Shown here in pieces: positions 13,281 to 27,946 of a stretch of 64,000 nt of DNA. The notes beneath the pieces are model-generated. The model was not told the origin of the DNA. It saw nothing but the letters and a program-made list of their open reading frames with translations, and ran no database searches. The stretch covers positions 1,116,001 through 1,180,000 of the forward strand of contig JAQGDQ010000010.1 of assembly GCA_030141605.1 (NCBI GenBank). Direction: 5' to 3'. This DNA comes from Tubiluchus corallicola (Eukaryota > Animalia > Priapulida). Made by a program: the position numbers and the translations under genes. Within the stretch, counting starts at the first letter, position 1. Each line of letters starts with the position of its first letter.

Positions 13281-16200
13281 CTATTTGACTTGCAGCAGTA
13301 ACTCCTGGAAAATAAACAATGGCTAAGTTATTTATTGGCCAAAAAAAAGATAACGAAAACAAAAACACCAAACGTCTCTGACGAGTGATCAGCGACCAAT
13401 ATCAGAAACCTTTTCCCAGCGCAGCAAACGTCTCTAATGAGTGATCAGTGACCAATATCAGAAATCTTTTCCCAGCCCAGTATTATCTATACGAAATGTG
13501 GTGTGCCTAGAGATCTCAGAGATACAATGTGCACTATCTAAAGCTGCTTCTTGTTTCCCGACTTTTCCTTCATTTGTAGACTTAGGAAGAAATGATAATA
13601 GTTTATGACAATAAATTTATGAACGGAAAAACTGCAAATAAGAAAAATGTGCTTCACACGTAAAACCTAGTTATTAGCAGGGAAATGCCGACACGAAAAC
13701 TTGTGTTCCAATCCGATCCGATTATTTTTACATATTAGCCGATCCGATGTTAGATCCAATTTGATCTCAGACGTAATCTGATATGATAGCATTACAACTG
13801 CTTGCAACAGGCAGTAATTTAAAGTTTAATGCTTACTCAATGTCACTTTGCTTGGCTGCTGCTGTGCATTATCAGATGTAATTAGTTTATTTCTGTGATA
13901 GCAGAACAATTCACGTATCTGCAAATGCTTAATTTTACTTTCATGCAGACAAACACCTCATAATGCATTAGAAAGGATACAAACTGTCTTCTGGCGGTTA
14001 ACTGATTTGTTACTTTTCTGTACAGTTTCGTTAACTGTCACATAAATTAAGTTCAATTACTATTTATTTTCACTTAACTGCACACCGTTAGACTAAGTCC
14101 CATATTAAAATGTATCAGCCCAATCTGCGATCTCTTCCGAAATGCAAGTTTGCTTACCGATCGCCAATTATTTATTGGATCGGCATATCTCTGGTTGTTA
14201 GTCCCAGATCATAGTGTATCTTAAGGTAATTTCTGGTAATTTACCTTATATAAATTTGCAAAAGAAACTCTTCTTTGTATATGTTAAAAACAACATTCGT
14301 ATAAGTTAAACTTACATCGTCTGAGTCATCATCAGCTTTTTGATACGTGTTTGGAATTCTGGAAGGTTGAGGACCGTTTGATGTAATGCCACCTGCATCT
14401 TGCTCCTGGAAATGGAAAATATATTAATTCAGATCATATGGAATAGTAAGAATTAATGCAGTAGCTAAAAATAAGCCAGTAATGACGGTTTAGCAATTCC
14501 GGTACAATATAACCAAAACATTCAAAACTAAAAATGCAAAATTACAGCAGAAATTAGCTGTCACTGCAGAATTACAGAATCATCTATCAAATGCATAGTA
14601 TCAAAATGTAAATTACAAAAAATTTCAACCAACAAAAACAAGAACCTTATATTGATAGTTATCTCCGTGTTCCTCGTGGTCGGAGTACGGACTCGACGCA
14701 GAGCTCATGAGACATGTCTGTTCGTCGTCTTCAGAGCCCAGATTGACCGCTACCTGCTCACCTGCACTCAACCTTGCATACCTGTATCTTCCTGAGCTGT
14801 AACATACATTCAAAAATAAGTACCTAGAATGATATATTTTTACTATTACAAATGAACATATTAAAAAAAAGTAGCACAAATACTGATAAACTCATATACT
14901 CAGCATCAGATCAATGTCCAAGTTGCATAATACCCATGTCCCTTTGCCATGCTGAATGGCATAAGAATGCCCGATACCGTGCTTATTACATAGTGCTCCA
15001 TTTTTCCAAATTCAAAAATACAATTATCATAATAATTAATACCCATTTATACCTTGACGAATATCTAAGAAAAACAGACGTTTTTAGCATAACACCTTAA
15101 AGTTCATTACGTATTTCCACAGCACCTGCACTGATTGAGGCAAAGACCAATCAATTAGACACTCACCCAGCTCTGATCTGATACAGCTTCCTTGCAAACA
15201 ATATGATCATGATGATAGCCAAACAGATGACAGCTATTACTATCAGAGCAATGATAGCATTATTCATAGACTGAAGAAAAAAAACAATTTTGTTATGTAT
15301 TAAGTTAACTAAAATAGCTGTTACTCAATTTACCTACAACGGTTCCAGAAAATCACTTTAAAATATCAGTCACTACAGTTTTCCATCAATTACGACTTTC
15401 TACCAAAGAATTAGCAGATAATCTAGCAAGCTGTTAATGACCAGTTAGTAATAAATTAAATAACTGCAAGAGCTGATAAGTGTGATAACCTCAGCAGTCT
15501 AAGAAAACCACTAACAGGTGATGTACTGAGCTAAAAAAATGATAAATAGTTTAACACAGTGTTGCTTATAGGTCACGACACAGTATGACCACCCACCCGG
15601 TCACAATACATTCAGCATTCAGTGTCTGTTCTTACACTGGCCAATGACAACTGAACCTGTAATTATGACACAACATCGCTGATGTTTACAATCAAAAAGG
15701 CTGTTTGTAAGTTTAGCCCTCAACAGAGAAGAGTAACTGAAATGTTGGGAAAGCATATTGAGCAGTTCTTACAATGTAAATAAAAGCAAAACTTAAAGGA
15801 TGCTGTGGGTTTTTGTCAGTTTAGAAAATTTTAACTTTTTTATGTAGACGGAATTAAAAACTATAAATTTTACACTTTTTATGTAAAACATGGCATTAAT
15901 CATAATGTTATGCTATTTTCATGGTAAAGAGTTTTATTCCAATGTAAAGAGAAATAAATATTTAATAAATTCTTTAAAATGGCTCTTACTTTTTTATGTC
16001 CACCCTTACTTCCTCCCTCTACAAGATTAAACAGCTACACATATAAATGATACCACAAAAAGTGTATCAAATCCAAGTCATTCACACAAAATTTGGGCAC
16101 CTTATCCACTTAGCAACATTGCCACAAATTATCATTAATTAATTATCTAATTGAACTTATGAAGCAACTTGTGTTACTTTACACAAAGTGGTTTCTAAAG

Positions 16201-19200
16201 CAATTTTTTTGTAGAAAAGAAACTAGCCACAGAGAAGAAAATCAATATAAAATTTAATGCTCACCGAGTCTTCCACTGATTTATCTACACTAGGCTTGGG
16301 AACAATATTAAATCTATCTTTAAAAGAACAATTGGCAGCAAGATCTTTGATTTTGGTCAGATCTCCAGGACTATAACCATGTTCGCACTGATCCCCTGGA
16401 ACTTTCCTATAACTGCAAGTAGGAAAGTGAGCTTAAGACCAAGATTACAACTTTCAATCAAAGATAAAAAATAACCACTATGATGAAACACTCAAATAAA
16501 TATAAAATCAAGACAAGACAACATAGCAACATTCATTTTGCCTACACACATATAAAAAATAAGGCACAAAAATATGTGAACTCTTTTTCATCATGACTAA
16601 AACTGTAAGAATGCAAGATTAAAACAAAACCAAGAATGGAAAGTTTCAACTTGAGAACAGTCTTGAAACCAACACCAATTTCAAGACGCTATCTTTGCTA
16701 AGCATATAAACAGTGAATTCAGCTGCAAGACTGACGAAATGTATTAATCCACTAGATTTGACAAAATGATAAGGAATGACATAAGGCGACACCTACCCGC
16801 TGCTTTGCACCAGTTTCTCACGACCTCTTTCACAAATTTTTTCTGTAAAGTGAGGGTCCTGCACACACCTCAAGATTCCATTTGAATTATTGGTTTCCGG
16901 CTGGTAAAAACCATATTCACTACAAAAAGCATATAACGGCGATTAACAGGGAAAAGGTCTCAGGTCCCAAAAATGTATTACACTATTTGTCTATACAAAA
17001 GAGTAATGTACTGTAAAAAGGAATACAACGTGGGAGTTTCAAAGTTCAACAAATGGTCAGTAAATTTATTTTGTAAATTACCATTCATAGTCTGCTATAG
17101 CACACGGACATTTAGAGCCTGACGTTGCCAGGTGGGTCATATCACCAATGTAACACCACGTGTCTTTTTTGCGTTTGTATGTTTCCATCAAGCCCAACAC
17201 ACAACCGTTAGTCTGGAAAATGTGAGGCATCCAGCTGGAAAAATCCTCGTTGCTACCTGACAACAACCATCATTAACCATTATCCAAGTATTTAAGCTTA
17301 ATAGCAAAATCAACAAAAATTAATTATAAGATTTCAAGATTTATTTCGCCTAAACGTAAAAAAATGGGAACACATACAGATTGAGTATTTATGTAATAAT
17401 TTAAAAAAATTAAATTACGTATATAAAAACTGAGTTGGCTGAGGAGACCTAAAAATGACAATACGGCTGCATAAACTAGAGGCCATCTCAAGAAGAAATG
17501 AAAAAGGAGAAAGAGGGGATGGATGAAGAGAAAGAAGGAGAAGGCACAGAGAAACAGAAACGTTATGTCGATGTGAAAACCGATGCTGCGCCAAACAATT
17601 ACATTAATGGCCAGGCCATTATTGGTTTTTACTATCTACATATTTACATTTTCTACAATCCATATTTTTTGTAATTTTTATTGCATCTACCGATTGCAGT
17701 TTAACAAACGTGAATTTTACATCACCTAAAATGCTACTAAGGCGGTCTCATTAGATAAACAGGCAACCTCTCATTTTTCTCTCACAAATGCCAGCGACAG
17801 GCAAAGTTTAGGGTCACACAAGTAACATGTCTACAAAGTAGTTATTCTAACAAAACCTCAATCATTTTTGACTATCATTCTCAAAAAATAAACTTTGAGG
17901 TTTTGAGAGTAAGAGCATAAAGTTTTGAGAGTATCAACAACATGAATTATCTAAAGGTTGTGCAAAGCTATAAAGCAATGTTTATTTGAAAAGCAATTTT
18001 CCACCAAATGCACTTACAGTTAAAACTATCGCAGCTATTTTTCATAAGAAACATCGCAAATGTTCTAACAACTTACATTTTCGTTCTAACACATGTCTAA
18101 AATCAATAGTGATCACAGACCAGTGACCAGAACCTTCATAGCCCCAAAGATTGACGACCAGCGTTTTTGATCCAGGTTCATTAAGCAAACCAGTAAAATA
18201 AAATGTCTTGTTTGTAAACTTGTAGCAGCTCCACGTTGTGCCTTCATCCACTGAAAATCTACAAGAAAATAATATTGCACTACATACCAGTAATAATAAG
18301 GGAAACCTGATCCAGGTATCTAATCATGTGTAACAAATTAAAAGATATAAAATATGACAGAAACTGACACATCCGGAGACTTGCCATCTTTAACATATAA
18401 AAAAACGTTGAATGCCTTTTACAGTTTCACAGTGATTTTAATTATTTCATAAGCTTTTGCCCTAATGGGCTTCATCAATTGAACAGACTGAGCTGCTAAC
18501 CTGAGAATCAAGATTAAAGTCACTAACACTCAGGTTACCAGCAAAGTCTAATCAGCTGAGGCCAGTTATGGTGAAAACTCCTGAAATACTGTTAGACTGT
18601 AAAGAGCATTCAACGTTTTTTTATATGTTAAAGATGGAAAGTCTCCGGATTTGTCAGTAAGTCACCGCTAAGCTATAAAGAACAATCATTGTTTTTTATA
18701 ATCAATCGTAGATAAACCAGCCAACTGAGAAAGTCAATTAGTCAGTAAACTAGTCAAGTACAGATTAACCAAACACTTCATGCCATGAAATTAACCAAGT
18801 TGTAGTGAATGTTACTACAGAAAGAACAATAAATGGAGTGTTCTGGATCAAACACAGTCACAGAATGGAAGGGGTTTATTAAAGCAAATCACTTCCTTTA
18901 CTTCAGAATGATCTTGCAAGGGTACTGAGTTCAAATTTAATTCAATTCGGTTCAATTTATTCGTCTCTTTTACACAATATAACAATATATATGTTATATA
19001 TAGAGATATATAGTAATATATAGATTACCTCGTAGGAAGATGTAGCTATATACATCTAGACTATATACATCGTCGGTCATTTTATCTCTCTTCTTAGAGT
19101 GACTCATGTAATTTACCTGATTGCTTTGCATGCCAACTACATTGAATGTAACTTAGCAAACATTGTAATAGCTGTCATCCTTAAAACCCATAATGTTAAT

Positions 19201-19377
19201 AAAATGTAAATTTGTTTTTGTTCCTTAAGAGTGCATGATTATATCCAGGATTATCACTGACTCATTGATTAAGTACCAGTGTTTTTAACGTTACTGCGAT
19301 TCTTATATACTTTAAGACTTTAGCATTATCTGAGCACACTACTGCTGCTGCTGCTACTGCTACTGCTACTGCTACTG

Positions 19378-19422
<45 letters not shown>

Positions 19423-22400
19423 TACTACTACTACTAATAATAATAATACTACTATGACTAATACTACTATGACAATTGAGACAAGTAGCAAAAGACCGAG
19501 AGGATTCAGATGAACTATAAGCTTTTAACTAGTCTTGTAAGGTACAACCTAGTACGGCTATTCATTTATTAACTTACAAAGAAGAAATAACGGCAATTAA
19601 GACTCAAAACATTATTTCTTGTGTTTTCTCTCTCTCCCATGTTGATTTTTCTCTGTCGTGCTCTCTTTCTAATGTAAGAAAGCTAGTTCTAAAATACTTA
19701 ATACTTACTTCAGGGTGTTAGCTTTATGGTCAGCGGAATGTGGCACAGCTACGATGAGCCCACCATAGTCTAGTATAGCGTAATGGTGCTGTCCATCTAA
19801 TGCTTTAGACCACGTGTAACCACCATCCACAGTTATGTAAACATCTGAATCACTTTCAGTTGTTTCACCAACAGATCCTAAAATCACAAAAAATAGTTGT
19901 TTGAATATACATAAACTATTACATAAAGCTGAAACTACACTTTCAGTTCAAGAAGAATCACACATATGAAGTATCTTTATCAATGACTTGTTGAGTGCTT
20001 ACTGATGGTTCTAGGTGTGTGTGTCTCACTTGAATTCGTGTGACAATTGCCGCATTGCCGCATTAGTAATTTTGTATTGGGTATTCATAATGTGTTAAAA
20101 TGTCATTTATTTACCTTGCTTAAATAGAAAACTAAATGATACCCTCAAGGAGTCTAAGGAGTGTCCTTGCTACAAGATGAGTTCATCCTGATTCATTGGG
20201 TTTTTGGAAGATCATAAAATATAGCCATATAGAGATTCAGAGAACTATACCAAATTTTGCAAATTGTTTAACTAACCTCATATCTGTCCAACATACAGTA
20301 CTTTCATATACTTATAGCAGTTACAGACACAGTGTCAGTCGTCAGTGCAATGTGCTTGGTAGTAATAACAATATAGCAGAAAAACAAAATAAAGCAAATA
20401 TACCAGACCACATAAATAGTAAAAATTGTTCTTTACTTATTACAAACAAAATGGTAAAGGGATGGCTATCAACTACTATGTACAAATAGAGTGTCTTCAA
20501 AAAAAGTTAAGTAATTGTTGAATTCACAGGTTGCTCATATTTTGCCTGTGAGTGAAGCAATAACGCAAGTAATGATTAACTTACATAGCTACATAGAAAA
20601 TAGTAGGAAGTTTATCTACAATATTATGTATACCACAAAAATTCACATCACTAGTAAAACCTATTAGAAAAGTAGTAAAAAGCATCAAAGATGACGAGGG
20701 TTTTGCAATCTGTAAGCCAGCCCTCTTGTTGTAAAAAAGCATTAAATAAAAAAACTTTGGAATCTGAGATAAATAAAGCACCGCATAACAGACACTGTGC
20801 TAATATGACTATAATGTAATAAAAAATATTAACATACACACCATGTACCAAGATAATTCCTAAAGCATTTTCAGATGATAATGGCTCTACTGCAGGAACA
20901 AACTGTGATTTGCTAAACTGGTAGTGTATGTTGAGATTGCAAACCTACATGAATAAAAGTAGTTAACAATAAGTAAAAAACCACTGATAATTTATTAATA
21001 ATATATGACAAAGTAGCTCTGCATTATCTACAAAAAAAATCATGGTAACTGAAGCCATAAGCTATATCTTTTAAAAAAATGATCACAAATCCAGTCTATA
21101 TCCAAAGTAAAAATTCTGAGACAGAAAATCAACTAAACTCACAAAGAAATCCTTTACACTTTGAATTCTGGTTGCTAGTATTAAAATGTTAAGAACCTGG
21201 GAAAAAACAATGCAAAAAAAATCTTAAAGGCCAAACATCTGAAGCAGACCACATAGCAGATCTGAGCTCAAATAGTGAACAATATTAATAAAATTCAGCC
21301 CACAAAACTTTATTGTACACTACATTTTACTATTTACTTCTTACCGCTTTGTCTTTCGAACAGTCAGATTTGAACGGCATTGCGATGGTCTGCCAATGTC
21401 CACCTCTGTTGTACGTGATCATCGTTTTCAGTGTGTTGTCTGAGACAACCGAAACACATGAAAAAATTAAAGTTATGTAGTCAATGAACCCTACTACAGC
21501 CTGCCACCTGGCGACATATACTGCAATGGCACGTATAGATGTACAGATATTTAAAGTAATTTTACATGCCAATACATTCATTTAATCTGGGCAGTATCTT
21601 AACAAAATATATACAGATTAGAAAATGTTCATTGTGCAATCAAATAAACTCCTTTATGAACTTTGTGTTAAAACACACCTAATGCAGGGCACTTGTTCTG
21701 AATTCAGTACTGTAAATTTTCCCATTTTAAAAAAATCATGACCTGAAGTCCAGTTCAGCAACACTGAACTAGTTTTAAGCTGCAACCTTAATGCATCTCT
21801 TACATTTTTGAACCTGATTCCCGAACAATGAACTCGGATAAATTAAATGATGAAAGTACTACCTTGTGGCAATAGTAACAAAAAAGACAAACCTGGTTCC
21901 ATTAACTGGCTTGTAAAATATACTCCACGCAGAGACTGGACTTTATAGAAATCAGTCAAAGCATCTTGATTTGTGTATAGGTGATCTTTCAGAGATAAGC
22001 TATATATTATCCCATCTCCATCAGAAGTGTACAGTTGCCCCTTGCCAGTATCACCAGGATCATCCACATGCAAAAACACCATGCCTTCGGTTCCATCCAA
22101 AACTGCAAACAAACAATAATGGAATGAGTGAAAGTAGGATTTGGAATATCCGACGTACATGTTTTTTGTGCTGCTGAACTTGTTATTTGTAAACATTGAC
22201 TTTATACAGATGAATACGCAGAAACGATTTACTATATAAAAGCTACTGAGATCAATTCAATGAGCTATTTGCAATTATAAAACACTATGAGTACGCGACA
22301 AGGTTACGAAGGCTATGTTTGTTTTACAGGCACTTTTTGTTTGCAGAATACAGACAATGACCAAACTCAAGTAGAACAAATATGTCGATTAAACTGCCTC

Positions 22401-25400
22401 ACATAGCATCTTAAAGGAAAACCAGATGACTGTATAGACATTAGTTCAAAATAACGTATACTCTAAAATATTGAAAACTACAACAGCTTTTTTTAAATCA
22501 AAGCTTAGATTAAATAATACAGTTGTTTTCAACCATAATTCATTCCTAAAAAGTGTTTGAAAACTGATTTGGTTGAGTACCGAATCATTTATTCCCATAA
22601 GAAATAATGTAAGAGCAAATAATCCGTTCTCAAGCACCAAATGAACTGTAAAGTATTACTAAAACGAAATATTATAATGCAAAATGTTTATCCAAACAGT
22701 AAATATGATATAATTGATACGAAAAACATAATAGAATTACTTAAGGAAAAACATAATTATTCCTGCATGAAAGAAACCTTACGTGTTGTTAGCAGTGTGA
22801 TGGCATAAATACGCTAAGTGGGTGGGGTGGGGAAGGGAGAAAGTTACAGCTTAGAAGGGGGGAGTCCCCTTCCATTTCGTTTTCCTTTGTCACCGTCACT
22901 TGAACTCTTCTTAGGAGACATAATTGGGGCTAAGTATAACACAAAAATAAGCGGTAATCTAGGAAAAATAAGCAGAGAAAGCAGTTAGCGATGTTAGCCG
23001 ATTCAAATGTTGTGTTGTGCGTGATCCTTTTTTGGGCGCGGTCGGTTATGCTCGGCTCGCCGCGCATGCGTTCATCACGTGTTTGGCGGTTGGTCGAGTA
23101 CCTAAATTCCGGTCGAGAGCGGAGACAATAACGGCTGAAATTTTCTGGTCGAAAACCAATTTGTACTAGTATGGAGACGTTTGACAACGGAGGTATGACT
23201 GTAATTACCTCGGACAGTTAATTTTGTTAAACTTTCTAAGCTATGCATCGCTCAGCGAATCCACCAAGACTGGCAATGGTGCCTTTTGGACACATTCGCG
23301 TGGCTGACAAATAAGTGCAGTACAGTGATAAGCATGACCAAGAACTGCAGTGTTCGTCTGTGATGTCTGTATGACGTAGAGCTCATTTTTGTGACATCAC
23401 ATCAGTGTCTTATATAGCAATCTTTGGTTACGCAAATGTGCTTGAAGCGCAGGGAAGATGCCTACCATTGCACGAATTGCGGTTAGTTTGTGAACAAGCG
23501 ATAGCTGTGTTCACTTGCCATTAATTCACTTTCCAAGGCAATTATTTAAATATTAGAAACAATCACCAACTTTTATAGGCAAGAAAGTGTATATCGTGGA
23601 CAGTAAATCAAGCTGAGAGCAAGTCTAATCAATCATCTGGTTTTCTTATAATATGGTAACAGAGAAAATGTGGCAAAAATTAAAAAGACGTTAATATGAT
23701 ATTGTATTAAAGTACTGTTTTTCATATGATGATCACTGATAAACTGGTACACAGCTAATACTTACTTTCAAAAACAAACATCTTCCTAAAAACACCCATT
23801 ACTGATTTCAGAAACTACTGTCCACAGTTACAAAATCTATTTCAAACACTCCCTCTTCTACAGTAACAACATCTAAATCAATTAACATTCCACTTCCATT
23901 ACCTTATTATAAAAACTTTTCTAAAATTACACAAGAGGCAAACAAAGGTAATGAACATAAAACACACCTGTAAAAAACTGTTCATGACGAATCGAGGGCA
24001 GCTGAGGTTGATCCCAGGTTTTTCCACCATCAGTAGAAACGTAAAGTGTGCGATTACGCGTTCCGTGCGTATCAAGTACAGATGCAAACATGAATTTGCC
24101 TTCAATGCCGAGACCATGCACACCTCTTAGTATTGCTGTAATGAGAAACATAGGATTCATGGTCAGGAAAATAAACAAATAACAACATTATAAGTAATTT
24201 AGCAGTTAATGCATGCTTAATATTTCAATTCAAAGCTGAATAGTAAGCTATGCCTAACCTATACCATTCCACGCATCATTTGTTGCAAAGTATTCTTCGA
24301 AAAGAAAGTTAACAGGTTTTTTAAAACCAGTCTTCTATGAGTCTAACAGTTAAAGATTGCACTGGTTAAATTGTAACATGTCAGAAATAAAGGTAAATCA
24401 CTGGAGATGCACTTCAGCACTGTCGTTTTGCAAACAGTTTCCGATTTAGTCTGCATAAAACATGATGAAAGATTATTTAAAAAGAATTCCCCTGCAAGAC
24501 AATATAAACATGAAAGATTGCAAAAAAAGATAGAGATATCTCTGGCCATTGAAAAGTTTACAAAAGTCTACACGTCTAAAATGTACAGACCAATAATATA
24601 CCAGCAACAAAGTAACAATATTGCAGACTAAACTTACTATGAAATGTTTTCCCGAGATCAGTGGACCGGGATACAGTTGTATTTGCATAATAACCTTCTT
24701 CATTCTCCCTGTTTACATCTTTAGTATATGTAATGAATATACATTCATTCGAATCCTCATTTTTTCTCCCCCTAAATTATAAAAAACATTGTTGCACTTG
24801 AGAAACAACAAGACATTTATTGGAATGACCTTTTTTGTTACGACTTTTCTACTGCAAAATAACATACAGCATATAAATTAGAAATCACCATTTTTACAAG
24901 TGTAAATTTGCATTGTAATAATTTTAAATTATAAGAGTTCGATGATACTGACAAAAATTGGAGTTCAAATGTAAAGGTGAGATTTACTTACATTTCTTAA
25001 AATAATAAGAAATGTATACGGAGTTGAAGTATAACAGCTGTGATAAAAAATGACAATATCATTCGTTATTTTATGGTCACCAATAATGTTTAAATTTGTA
25101 ATACAAAATGACTTTTATTAAAAAAGAAGCATTTCATAGGATTGAGATTACATAAAATCTGCATATACTTTCAAAAAGTTAAACGCTTTTAAGTAACATA
25201 GTGTATAGAGACTCACCACTTAAAGTCTTTAACATATGATGCTATCTTTTTCCAATTTATTCCAAAATCTGTGGATATGTACAAATTCCTCTAGAGTAAA
25301 AAACAATTGTATCAATTGTATCACTGTGTAAAAATGCTATCAATTTTACTTGCTAGATTTTTAAAATCTGATTTTATGCTGAGGTTTTTAAAACTGGACT

Positions 25401-27911
25401 AACAGGGAACACGAGTTATGTACGAAACCATAAGTTGCAAAAAAAAAGGGCAAATGCCACATCATTTCATTACTAGGGTTCAAATGAACAGTAAACTCTA
25501 TTATTAAAAAATTACACATATTCCCTTATCCCTCAAGCTTCTAGAGATCATTCTTTCTATATAATTACATTTCAAAAACATTTTCCATCATTACTCTTAC
25601 GAATTCCTATCTTGACAAAATGTGAACAGACCACCACCTTTTTTAGTAGTTAGGTTTTCTGTTTACTGGTTATCAACCAAAAAGGTTAGTTACTGCAAAT
25701 GCATTCTTCATTGGATAAGTTTTTAAAATAAATGAGCAGACTATAATAATATATATCAGTTTTCACTTCCTCATTCAGATATCCAGATGATTTCTAATCA
25801 GCTGCAGTTAACAGCCAGACTACAACAGCACGTGGAACAAAAAATGTCAAAATAATAGTGCTGCCACGACAATAACTAGAGAATTAGCCAACACTTTTCC
25901 CAAAGAAAAAAACAACAAATTCTGCCGCCTACCTTTGCATCAAGAGACCTCGCCAAAACATAGTCTGGTACTGTGTGGTGAAAGACGAATGAACCCAAAA
26001 GCTCAAAAGGAAGTTTTGCCTTTATGAAGCTGAAGCCAGCATCTTTGGTAATGAAGATGTCAGTTTCAGTTGAAGACAAAGAAAAACTACGCCCAACAAA
26101 GATAAACTAAAAAAGAAAAGAAATCTTGAGTTGTTCGTTATGGATTTACTGCTTGGTACAATCCGCACAAACATGCAAAAAATTAGGATACGATTATAGA
26201 GATTTGGGGTTAATAGCTTCAAGACAAAATTATTAACTTAATTCTTATCCAGTGATTATCCACTTTAATGCTGAATAATACTGTAAAACCATTAAGCCAA
26301 GCAAATTAGTATACGTGTTACTTCCACTAAAATATAGCAACAATTTTACAACTTAAAAACAGCAAAAAATGTAATGAGAATGCTGAGTAAACAGAGTAAA
26401 TTGTCCATTACTAGAAAAGAAATTGCACAAAGCTGTACAATAATGACGATCATTGCACTAAATTATGAATGGCAAATTTCTGATGTTTAAAAACTTTAAA
26501 ATGTCCAAGTGGCCGCCTTGTATATACACATTGCAGAAGTGTATAACTGCCTTGTCTTAAATTATTGTAATTAGTTTTACTTTTTGAAATTACTTAATAT
26601 TAATTTTGACAATTTGAAAAACGAAACTAGTAACATGTACATTCTGATGCAAATACAAAGAAAGCAAATGATATTGATATCTCTCTAAGAAACACAAAAA
26701 TTTAGTACTAAAACTTTCACCTTTACCTGTAATATTGCTTTATGATATGACCTATTATTGTTATTGTAGAAGTGTTATAATGATTTGATAAGATCTGGGG
26801 CTAATAACCTATGTATATTCTTTAATTACCTTCAAAATTAATTATTTAGTTAAATTGCAAATTACTTATAAATTACTAAAATGCTGTAGTGCATAACTGC
26901 TAAATTACGTAAAATACCTTTTGGCTATTGTTATTTTTCGGGATAATTTTTTACTGTCCTGATGGAATGCAACGTTTAGAATAAAAAACGGACAATAAAT
27001 ACTGAGAAAATTTCATAATCAAGGCATCATATTTTCATATCATCTTTAAAAAACCAAACAGACACAGTTACCCGATTTTCGTCGCTAGTACATTTTTGAA
27101 AGTTACTTTGCAGCTGTACATCAGGATCAAGCTCTGTCACAGGCTCATAATGTCGGCCTCCATCCGTGCTGAAAGCAATTAAGCGGACTGTAAATGCTTT
27201 GTTGTTTAATAATTCTAAAAAACGCATTCTTCTAAATTCTAATACAACTAAACTCTAAAAAAGTCTACAGAAAAGACAAAAACGTACTAATGAAAAGCAG
27301 TCTAAAGTCAGCCTATTAAAAATGCAAGGTGAGTTTTTCAATTCTTATCAGAGAAAAGACCCTCAGATTTAGTCTCTACGGTCAGCATTGCCCAAAGTTT
27401 TGATGTTCCTAGCTTTCATTTAGAAAATGGCTTGGACAGTCGTGTTCACAGGTTTTGCTTTAAAAACCTTTTACTTGAACAGGTGCTGATTTTTCCTCTC
27501 CTCTTTACACAAAGTGTTATTACTGTTCATCCACTTATACATGACCTTATAGAAGAAGAATGACATAATTTTTTTCCAAAATAACAACCAAATTTCAAAT
27601 ATCTTTCAGTACTTAACTTGCACTACTAATGTGCTAAATTTCACTTTGCTAAAATAATTCAGTCTACACAGTCACCATATTTACCTTATGCAAGTGGTGT
27701 AGCAATAAATTTCAACTAAATAGTTGCTTTTCACCTTTTAGTAAACAAATAAAGGATAAGTGTAAACAAAAATGTTTGAATTACATGAGCTGTAAGAATT
27801 TTATAGTTAGAAAACTATAAACATTAGAAAGGAAAGTATAGATTCTAAGCGAGCAAAGTGTCAGATTCTACGTGATTTTAAGCGAGCAAAAGTTGAAGAA
27901 AGAGAGGGGGA

Positions 27912-27946
<35 letters not shown>

